In this document: positions 12,134-21,723 of the stretch, one piece after another
Layout: each line of letters starts with the position of its first letter
Position numbering within the stretch: position 1 is the stretch's first letter
DNA from: Massalongia carnosa
Lineage: Eukaryota
NCBI GenBank assembly: GCA_965645245.1
Contig: OZ287067.1
Coordinates: 2,604,001-2,668,000 of the forward strand
Reading direction: 5' to 3'
DNA: 64,000 nt
Made by a program: the position numbers and the translations under genes
Notes under the pieces: generated by a model
Database searches by the model: none
The model's input: the letters and a program-made list of their open reading frames with translations, nothing else
Told to the model about the DNA's origin: nothing

Positions 12134-13666
12134 CTAGTACCACGGGCGCCAGCGTCCCACATAGCGGCAAAGAATGATATTTCTTTCGTGCAAGAAGCCA
12201 GCCCATGTATCTCTACTATTGATTCGCCAATTGCGCGTGAATGGCACCGAGGAAACGATGAGTTTCCATTTGACACCTGGAGCCTCGGGGTGAGAGAGGA
12301 AAGAAAGTAGCGAGGAGAGCTGAGCGGACCCCAACATAGTCTTATCAGGAGAATTTGCAGGACGCGATTTAGTGGGAGAGCGGTATCGGCGGGTGTCCAG
12401 CAGAAAGAAAGAAGCGGGGCCATGAGCAAAACTTGAATAGGAAGAGGAATTTCCTGCAGGCGGAGGATTGACTGATTCGTGGTAGAGATCCCATGGCTCA
12501 ATTGCAGCTGGATAGGGATCCTCGAGGCCTTAATCCTAGTCGTTGGCAATATCATGATCGTCGATAACATGAATCCAGGGAAGAGACTCGGAGACCGCGG
12601 AAATTCAGGGGATGCATAGACTTGTCGATACTGTTGGCGGTAAGAATCTACATTGAAACCGAATCTTCAAGGCATGTCAATATAAATGAAATCGTCAAGG
12701 AATAGCATAAATGATGCATGAAGGGAAGGAATCCATTTTGCTAGATGCCAAAAGCCAGGAACTGAAAGAGGGTGGGAAAGCGGATGGTATGGAAAGTTGG
12801 CCTTGATACAACTGGACGTAAGGTTAGTTTTCCCGTACCTGATGGGTTCTCCCTAGAGCAGGGGGTAGTGACGAAGAATCCTGAATGATTATTTGACAAG
12901 CTGTACTGATATCTACTTGCAGGACGAAGCTTTAATATGGTTACTGAAGATGTAGAGTCGGTATCATTTGGTAGCCAATATACTTGCCCCGCAAATTTCC
13001 AGGTATTGGTAGGCTCTTCTGCTTCTGGCGTGTCCCTGTATGAGATGTAAATGGGTAATCGGGAAGCATTGGGCTCTCGTTTTAAAAGATGCCGGCGGCA
13101 TTATCAGAAACGTAGCCCACCCGAGCAAATGAAAGATCTTGACTTTTATAGTACAGTGGAACGCGATATACCATATCGGCGGCAAGTAAGGCAAGACTAT
13201 CATTGAGTGCTACCGCAAGAATGCTCCATAAATAAGATGTCGAGGATGGGATGCCTAGTAATAGCGCACGGGCTATCTCAACGCGCCCACCTTGGGCTAT
13301 CCCCAGTTGGCCAGCTCCATTTTGCCTGCTGGGGTACTTCCACGTCTCACCCTTCCACGTCTCACCAATATCCGTTGAGCTTCCTTGTCTGATCCTGACG
13401 CTGGGCTTTATTCCTCCAGTCTTCTCCTTACTTTCTCGCGACTGATTCGCCAACCGCCAGGCAAGAGTGAAGAAGCTTACATACACCAATGCCGAAGTAA
13501 ATATTAATGGTGGTAGGTGATGACCTGGTATCTAAACCAGATAGGTCAGCTTCCTTCCGTTGGCTTACATATGGAGGATTCTAATCACCCATCTGAGAAA
13601 CACGTAGGCAAAAAAACGCATTCCGAAGCAGCTCGAAACGGTCCCAATATCAAGGTAGGTAAGCAT
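12134..13666 (-). pseudogene. PhoD-family alkaline phosphatase pseudogene
   Basis: Across frames: AYVFLRW/IPGHH, DLSFARVGYVS, REP, TSSCIKANFPY, FMLFLDDFIYID, LPWIHVIDDHDIAND*, FFLLDTRRYRS, KTMLG, SSVPF, DTWAGF. Stops at 13082, 12667, 12536 and 12530, several frameshifts, intron 13532-13588. Confidence 0.85.
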
Positions 13667-13887
13667 TTGAAAGAAGTATGCTGGGGCTACCAGCCAGCGA
13701 AGACTGCGTTGAGTTACTTTTACATGCATGCTACAAAGTTAGTTAGCAATAGTTGTACTCTATCCTCTATAGGCTGCATTGTGATTGTGTGAATAGCAAT
13801 ATAGATGTACAGAGTACTTCGCACAGAATACTGAATATAGAGCATTGAATAGCGCAAATAATTGCATCCAGACGATTAACTCGATAC

Positions 13888-13895
13888 TCACGTGA
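13888..13895. promoter_or_regulatory. bHLH E-box TCACGTGA about 220 bp upstream of the PhoD pseudogene
   Basis: CACGTG is the core bound by Pho4/NUC-1/PalcA and Cbf1-type factors; function here is inferred only. Confidence 0.35.
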
Positions 13896-14381
13896 TGGTG
13901 AGACTTTTTGTGCCTTATAGGGCTGAGCTGTAGCGAGGAACTATGTCCTTTTCTTCGTCCCCCTATTAACGTATCCAGTCTGTAGAAAGTACTCCGTACA
14001 GAGTACTTACTCCACCTATATGCTCATGTGCCACCTCGTTAAAGACTAATTCCAAGCCGGGATGCATCTACATTGCTGCTTGCAGCGTGACGTTCTAGCT
14101 TTCTGAAGTCCGCGTGAAAATCACCCGCTGATCCCATCGTTTGATTGGCTGGCACAGCTTGGCCAACGTCAGACGTTAGATTCAAGAAAGATTCTGGGAA
14201 GGACCTTTGTAAGTCATATCCCGCTGCCAGCGCACGCTGCATCTCGCCACCGGCATCACTCGCCTGTCCACGCGTGGCCAATTCCAGTGCCTGAACATCT
14301 GCACTCCATACTCCCACTCCTATGCATAAGCTCTTTCAAAGCCAATACTATTGATCCAATTGTGGCACCCGACCATTGCTC

Positions 14382-15416
14382 ATGGCCGAAATCTCTAAAC
14401 AACACTCATCATATGGGCGGTCTGCGGACATTACCGAACGTGCAGTCGCCATGCATGAGGGCCGAGAAGGAGAAGGCAATGCTCTTAAAGAGGACTTTGG
14501 TCCAGCCTTTGAGGGACATTGTAGATCACAGGAGGGATCAAGTAAACCCGCTGCATTCCCAAAACAGATTTGCAAAGCCCAAATTGGAAATCTCGCAAAG
14601 CTTGAAAGCAGCAGCACCCCCAATCGTCCGGCAGAAATAACAGCACTGCAAAAAGACCTTACTCGTGAAGCAGCTCCTCGTTGCCTGAACGGTACATCCA
14701 GTCCACACCGAGACAAATATAACACTGTAGAGCCTGGATCATCGACCAGTGCTCAGCCTGTCCTGGTCAGCACTTATCCAAACTCGGTAGCAGACTCAAG
14801 GTCGTCAAACCACGCAAAGATGAAGAGAAACCGTACTTCCAGGGTCGAGAGCAAGTCGTTCGATCTTCCGCCATTGGAAAGATTTTCGTTCCAGGATATC
14901 TTGGCGTCGATTGACCCAGAAATACGACTTTCGATTGATAGCATTGCCGAAATATGTGGCCGAAGTAAGATGAGCTTGGCCGATGAGTACAACAGCCATC
15001 TTCCACCCCAAGGGGAACTCGTTTCTCCACATGAGCAACAGGACGGCACGAACGCACTCCCAGCGCATCTTGCTACAGTACCAGAATCATCTCCACAAGA
15101 CTCAGGCCATAGCTACGGAAATTCAACGAGCTTAGCCCTAGTTGGCATTTCCAGCCAGAGGAAGGCCGCTATTGTAAGCGCGCCCACCGCCGCAACTTCT
15201 GTTATCAACTCCCATGCCTACACGGAGTCTTTCGCTCATTATCCTATTAACTACAACCTTCAGACCAACCCCCACTCCGCGATGGTCCCTCAAGTCCACA
15301 TTTGGATGCCTCGCTCAAATGCTTCATTTACCAAAGTCGTTGAGCGAAATCAGACAGAAAGAGATCCAACAGTTGCTTTGCAAAGAATTCTGACCAAGTT
15401 GAAAGAGACATCCTGA
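14382..15416 (+). CDS. Hypothetical protein
   Basis: Uninterrupted ORF of about 344 aa with an ordered core FDLPPLERFSFQDILASIDPEIRLSIDSIAEICGRSKMSLADEY. Confidence 0.75.
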   Translation: MAEISKQHSSYGRSADITERAVAMHEGREGEGNALKEDFGPAFEGHCRSQEGSSKPAAFPKQICKAQIGNLAKLESSSTPNRPAEITALQKDLTREAAPRCLNGTSSPHRDKYNTVEPGSSTSAQPVLVSTYPNSVADSRSSNHAKMKRNRTSRVESKSFDLPPLERFSFQDILASIDPEIRLSIDSIAEICGRSKMSLADEYNSHLPPQGELVSPHEQQDGTNALPAHLATVPESSPQDSGHSYGNSTSLALVGISSQRKAAIVSAPTAATSVINSHAYTESFAHYPINYNLQTNPHSAMVPQVHIWMPRSNASFTKVVERNQTERDPTVALQRILTKLKETS

Positions 15417-17514
15417 GTAAAAGGAGCTCTACATCCTTGATTTATATAGATTGCCGCACTGGAGAAGGAAAGGAGAAACAACTCGATTTCTTGTGACGGG
15501 AAACACACCTTGGAATGGAGATAGCTTGTCTCCATCGTCAATGCCATGACAAGTCATAAGTTTTAGGGACGTTCCTCCCTATAAGATTATAGGCCGCTTC
15601 CCTATACCGCCAGCAAAAAACCGCGCCATCTCCCCTCTGACCGCTCAGCTTGGATGTTCCCAACCTTCTCTCGCCATGCAGAGTCCGCAACCTTGTCCGC
15701 GTTTTCAAATGCCCTACGGCGAGAATTCTAGGAATACCTGTAGTACCCACCTACAGAATCTTGTGAAGATAATGCGCTAAGTCACCTCACTTCCGCTGCA
15801 ACGGTACTGCCGGATGGTGTAGGTGATATCACCGCTTGACAACAGATAAACTCATACTTAGAAACCCCAGATTAGCATGCCTATACAATGACGTTGATTC
15901 ATATTAGGGCTTATTAGATCATATGAGAAGATGTTACTGACGAAGAGAATGAAGGAGGCTAGATCAAAATATGTTATTCAAAGGCGCCAGAGCAGAGAGT
16001 CCTCTAGGCGCAAACAGTGGTTGAAGCCTCGGAGGCTCTAGTTTCCGTGTTTGCTGGAATCATCTGGACAGAACCAATCTTTTCAAAGTGAAGGAACAGG
16101 GTGTTTTAACTGCAGCTTTTCTCTGACTTACATCCTGTAATCTCGCTTTTTCACGGAAGTATATCTAAAGCATTGCACTAGGGCATCAACGTCTTTTGTA
16201 CACTGAGCCTTGTCATCGAAATTGTCACTAAAGCTAGTATTTTGTTCATGGAAACTATTTAGTTCCCTTCATACTTGCTCCTCTCCTAGGCTTTTGGCAG
16301 ACTGAAAATTAACGGATTTCCATTCCCTCCATCCATGAACGAGCCCATGTTCCGCTTCATCCCTACTCTTGATGCACTCGCCTTCACCCAAGAGTCCCTA
16401 TTCTTGTCTAAACGCACCGGGCGTGGTTATCATAGCCAATGCCAGATGCTGCTCAGCACACGACTGAACTTTCTCCACATTTTATTCCAGCAGAGTACCA
16501 GGTAATCCGTGCTATACAGAGTACCTAATTCCACCTCAACACCACACCACATGCAAAGAAAGAACATGGCAGAAAATACGTAGGATAGGCACCCCAGCCC
16601 CCCAAAAAACCCCCCAATCCCCATCCACGCTTCGAATCGCAAGAGCCATCCACGCAAGCAAGTATGCAAGCAATTCAAGGGAAAGCCAGCCCCTGGACAA
16701 CAAGCAAACCAGTTGTCACGACAAACACTCCCAACCCCGAGTCCCAATGCAATCCACATCCGCAAAAGGTATCTTGCTTAACTAGTCAGTTTTACCAGCA
16801 AGCAGTAGTAGCAGAGCACTCGCTTGAAGAAACCTACCTACTTAAAACCGCCTCCCCAGCCCAGGCCAGCCAGGTTTTGGAGGGTTTTTGCGCGGGACAG
16901 GAAGGGGGAGAGGGGGGGGGGAGAGAGAGAGAGAAAGAGAAAGAGAGAGGAGAGTATTGAGAGCGATATTTGACTCTCCCGCTTCACCTACTTTTCGGGG
17001 AACGCAAGAGCCTTCACCTTCACCTTTCACGTATGTGTCTACCTTGGGGTACCTGATTGATTTAGTCGTTACACCATTTCGAGTCTCAGTCCCAATCCCA
17101 GTTCCAATTCCAGTGCATTTTATCAGACTAGCCTTGACGAGGATTTATTCTGGATATAAGTACTCTATTCTCCGCGAGGAAGGATTAGTGGCATCTACTC
17201 CTGATAATCTAGTCAACTATACCACTCACTCACACACCCAGTTCCTCCTCTCCTCATATCCATTCTCTTCCTCCTCCCTTCCTTCTATACATAGAGAATT
17301 TAGAGAGGTGGAACCAGGTTTTTACTCCCAAACTTGTCGATTTTGCCTTTTTAAACATTCAAACCCTTTATCTTGATGAGTCAGGTCTTTTCGTTCCTTT
17401 TTTGTCCCTAAATGTTTTCCTAAACTTTCCCTGAACGAGGCGCACATCCCAACCATTTCAATAACTCGAAGCAGCTTTTCGGTGGAGCGCAGCGCGTCGT
17501 GAATGAGAAGTATC

Positions 17515-18453
17515 TTAGAAGCAATAGATATGCCCGTTATGGATGAGAGCCAAAAGGTTTGACCCACCAGGGCGGGGTATACGGGCGCGAAGGGATGAAG
17601 GGATCTTTTCGCCGCGGTGCAGCATTATTCGGGCGTACGCAATCCGCTCCCGTCCCTCCGTTCTAGACACGATCGTTAAACGTTTCAAATTTCCAATCAT
17701 TCGGGGAAACCACTTTACCTTGTCTGGAAAAACATTGCAGCAGTATCGTTTCTTGGGATCGTCGCAATCTTCGTTATAGTCCAAGGTATCATCGTCGTAA
17801 ACTGCGCAGTGAATAAGACTTTACAACATCGAGGATGCTGCAGAACCTATAGCTTGAACTTAAGACAGGAAGGTGAAGAAACGTACAGTCCTTGCAATCT
17901 TGCACGTTCTGAAGGGCTTCACCTGCACCTCTGAGCGTCCCCGAAAACTGTTTTCCACGGCAACAGACAGCAAATTTCTTTTTCCCGTCATGGCATTGAA
18001 CGACCCATTCAGGCCAGTCCATATCATCGATTTTATCATTTGGGGATCGGGGGATGAACCTTTATCTAGAGGTGGTGTCGATTTTGTGGGACATGTTGCC
18101 CCCGGCTTTTCCTGTGGGTCTCCCCTGAAGAAGTTGACCACTTTGTTAAGAGCAGCTCCAGCATCTTGTCTTATTCTCAGGACGTTGGAATTCCATGATT
18201 GATCCAGAGGTTTGTTAAGATCGTCCGAGGAGCTTTGCGTGTTGCAGGCAGGAACCACGGCTTGCAGATCGGGTGATTGAGATACAGAATCGTCATTAGA
18301 AAGCTGGATGTTAGCGGCGTCGAAAGGTGGTAAGTCAAGGAGGGAACCAGTATCAGCCTGGACAAGTGGGTCCTCTAAGGGTATATTCGAAAGTTCTGCC
18401 TCAATCGACACAGTCAAAAGAAGCAGAAGGATGATAGGAATGATTGAATGCAT
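17515..18453 (-). pseudogene. Secreted Cys-rich protein with apparent single-base frameshift (or assembly error)
   Basis: Signal peptide MHSIIPIILLLLLTVSIEA; the Cys-rich domain (QCHDG..AVCC..QDCKD/FYD..EDCDD..YCCN) is in another frame, with the shift near homopolymer runs at 18042-18053; intron 17802-17886. The 3' end is uncertain. Confidence 0.6.
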
Positions 18454-19192
18454 CGTGCTATCGGATGCCATCAGGAACATATGAAGATACAGCAAGTTTG
18501 AATAATATATCAACAAAGGCGCAAAATCAAATCAGTTCCGAAGATATCACCATCTTATGAAACACTATCATCCCGTCCAGCTTTATCCCTCAGAAAAGAC
18601 TTGTATGCCTCACTGCTTGCGGCTGTCAGCCAGACGGCAAAGAACATAATTTATGACATATTTCTGTCAATGATGTAAAGCGCACTCGTGCTGTTGCCAT
18701 CGTCATCATCAACTCTATCATTATTTATTAGTATTACTGTCTCTCCATCTCCTTGACCAGTCATTCTCTGTGCACATAAATCTTGATGTCAAGTCCCGAC
18801 TTCATGCGGTCAGAGCGACTTACACTGACACCGCAAAAATAAAAAATAACGTTCGAATTGTAGTGTTTTTGTCTTCATTCGTGCCATTTGATAGATAATT
18901 ATTCTGAAAGTCCTGATGTTTAGCTGGCAGACGCTAAGACTAGTTATTGGTGTCGGGTTAAAATGGCATGAAACTCTATTGCTTCGGAGATAGTTTATCG
19001 TATTAGGGAGACTATGCCGTTATAAACGATTTTTCTACGCATGTGATCTCCCAAGAAGATGTACAAACTACCATCATCCATCATCCCTGTTAAAAAGGGC
19101 ACAACAAGAACTTGTTTTAGACCTCCCATCCCCCTTTCCCATTATACTTCAACCAAATGTCAACCTCAGCCTCTTGCTGCACAATTTCTGTG

Positions 19193-20836
19193 TCAAAATC
19201 CCACTTCCCCCAGCCTCGGCGCACCACCTTCCCAGTCAAACCGCTCGTAGTACTTGAAAACCAGCTCATAGCCTTCCAGATCATGCACAATGCGGTCCAC
19301 ACGGCGATATCCCCTAATATGATCTATGCGCATCGAGCGCTTCGTCGTCTGAAGCTCCATTGCCCTCCGGGTTCCATACCAATCCTCATCATCATCGCTG
19401 GTGACCGCCTTGGCCTCGAAAAGCGTAACGGAAAATCGGCCTGGTTTGAAAATTCCCACGACCTGCTCCACAACGTCGGCAGTTTCGCGACCAGTCTGCC
19501 GAGAAGGGATGTTGGTTTCAAAGGAGGCATATGAACAGTGCGGCTCAGGCGTGACGTGCACTGTGAAGTAGTGAGTGGCATTGCGGCCGCTTGGGGAGGG
19601 GATGACGCCGTTGGCAGAGAAGCCGCAGGGTGTGAACAAGTATGCGTCGACCCGGGCGTCCGGGTATTTGGAAGAAGGATAGACCTTGGAGAGGCCTGAA
19701 GATTCGGAAACGACGGTGCCAAGGGCGTGCCCTTCGGTAGCAAGTTCCTCGGGAAAACTTGCTTCTTTAGACGCTACAAACTCACCATTTTCGGAGGAGG
19801 TATTACTAAAGACGTCGATGGAGTCGTCGCCCCCGTAGTGGGAGTTACCACGATACTGGAAATTGCCCGGGACTTCTTCGTCAATTGAACCCAAGTGCGC
19901 CTGGGCATCGACTCGTGCTTTGTGGGTTTGCTGATAATACTGACCTTCCGCGACCGCACTCGCATGGTCAAGATAAAACTGCTTCGCATTTTGCTCGTCT
20001 AAATCAGTCATCAGAACCTCCAAAGTCTCATCCTGCCCATCATCTTCCTCTTCGGTGAATGCGGTGATTGCAGCCTTAGAAACTGGTAGGCCCAAGATCT
20101 TGGTTTTAGTTTCCATACGATCCGGGGTTGCCGGAGGAGTCAGAATGGTGTTTGGCTCTGTCAGATACAGGTACCAGTGTTCACCATTCATCTTCCCAAT
20201 CATATACGCGCTGCCGCCAAGAAAAAGCCTGTCTAGGGTCTTGACCTCGTCTCTCCAGCTCCGATGAGGCCCTCGCTGGCGGTCCGGAAACAAGAAGTTC
20301 TTCCGGCTATAAAAGACTCGATAGGGCATTGCGGCAGTAGCGGTACCCTTAACCAGATTGGCGACCGAGTGGGGAAATCCGGCAATCAACGCGGCGATCT
20401 CCAACATCCTTGGCAGACCGTTGAGTAGAGTAGTGGTCCCGCATGTCTTTAGGATTATCTTATGAGGAAACACAAACATGCTCGATTCCGATAACAGGTA
20501 CGCATCGACATGCTCGGACTCAATGACCGAGAGTATCTTACAATTGACCAGGTCAAGCATATCCCTCCAGATTTCTGCAGGTACAACTTTGAGTCCTGCC
20601 GGCGCAGTGACCACGGGTAATGAGTTAGCTGAAGAGCTGAACCATACTTCTAGTAATTTCTCCGGTCCTATCGAGGTTAGCAAAGAATGGAAATTACGGG
20701 TTTGCATAGTTTCACCTTCAAATGCATTGGTGGAGTCCAAATCGATCGTGACATCACGATTGATGGTCAAATGAGGCGTTCCACTAAATGAGGACGGAGA
20801 AGCTGTGTAATGCTTAGGTATTTCAGTGTTGACCAT
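19193..20836 (-). CDS. SPE2: S-adenosylmethionine decarboxylase proenzyme (probable 48-nt intron 20668-20715)
   Basis: Motifs FEG/PEKLLEVWF, YLLSE|SSMFV (pyruvoyl site), LKTCGTT, PCGFSAN and TVHVTPEPHCSYASFETN. Confidence 0.97.
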   Translation of the reverse strand: MVNTEIPKHYTASPSSFSGTPHLTINRDVTIDLDSTNAFEGETMQTRNFHSLLTSIGPEKLLEVWFSSSANSLPVVTAPAGLKVVPAEIWRDMLDLVNCKILSVIESEHVDAYLLSESSMFVFPHKIILKTCGTTTLLNGLPRMLEIAALIAGFPHSVANLVKGTATAAMPYRVFYSRKNFLFPDRQRGPHRSWRDEVKTLDRLFLGGSAYMIGKMNGEHWYLYLTEPNTILTPPATPDRMETKTKILGLPVSKAAITAFTEEEDDGQDETLEVLMTDLDEQNAKQFYLDHASAVAEGQYYQQTHKARVDAQAHLGSIDEEVPGNFQYRGNSHYGGDDSIDVFSNTSSENGEFVASKEASFPEELATEGHALGTVVSESSGLSKVYPSSKYPDARVDAYLFTPCGFSANGVIPSPSGRNATHYFTVHVTPEPHCSYASFETNIPSRQTGRETADVVEQVVGIFKPGRFSVTLFEAKAVTSDDDEDWYGTRRAMELQTTKRSMRIDHIRGYRRVDRIVHDLEGYELVFKYYERFDWEGGAPRLGEVGF

Positions 20837-21344
20837 CTCCGTCCGGGGACTCGGTACAAGGACCCTTATCTAGAAATATCTACGTGATAGCCTAGATTTG
20901 ATTAGCGTGGATTATCATGAAACCGCCCTAGAGATTGCTACGGGAGAGGAATTTTCAGCATACCGGGATGGCACGGTCTCTATATGGGGATCTAGACTGT
21001 TCTGCCTAGCGTTGTGAAGCACAATCTGCCGCCCAGACGAACAGTGCGGCGTTCGACTGAGAAGAGAAGGCCCACGCTAAGTTGGGGGGACTCAAGGCTA
21101 GCTGTTGCCAGCAGCACTAAGGAGATTTTTTTGATGGGCTTTTGTGTGGGGGTTATGGAGGTCGGGCGGAGAGCGGAACGAAGAAGTCCTTATACCAAGG
21201 AATCTTGGCTATGTCATGTGTTCCTCGCACTGAAAGATGCCGATACCGTATGAAAGTATCGGGTCTTGCAGACGAGGTTATCTGCTTTGATGATGCTAGA
21301 CAATGATATGGCACGGGGATATTTTCAAATGCTTTTAGCGAATG

Positions 21345-21474
21345 TTATCTAGGCCTAGCGAAAAGCAGACGGTTAGCCAACGAGCTTTGCCTCCATTCAA
21401 CAGGTTGAGAAATTTGACAAGGCTCACTTGGCAGGCTTTGAGAAAAGGAAGCGTAGCAAGGTTTCACGGCTCAT
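21345..21474 (-). promoter_or_regulatory. Intron-split uORF in the SPE2 leader (MSRETLLRFLFSKPAKPR*)
   Basis: ATG 21474; intron 21427-21355 (GTGAGC..GCTAAC..TAG); TAA 21347-21345. A second leader intron lies at 20963-20892 and a tiny ATG-ACA-TAG at 21217-21209. Confidence 0.6.
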
Positions 21475-21716
21475 GGAGGATGGGTTAGGAATGAAGAGAT
21501 AAAAAGACAAAGTGATGCGTGAGATAAGTTACGGATTTGTTTTTAGCGGTAGTGGGGGTGTGGTTGTGGTTTGTGTATCTGAGAAATGAGAAAAGAGAAA
21601 AAGGTGGTGGTGAGATATTAATTTTGTGTGATGAGCTAATTCACGTCCCGGGGCGGGCGCGCAATACAAAACCATCGTAGAGTAATGTTGATCCGCGTAA
21701 TAAATCGCACTTGATA

Positions 21717-21723
21717 TCACGTG
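21717..21723. promoter_or_regulatory. TCACGTG (Cbf1-type) site upstream of SPE2
   Basis: Exact motif about 245 bp upstream of the uORF ATG; function is inferred. Confidence 0.3.
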
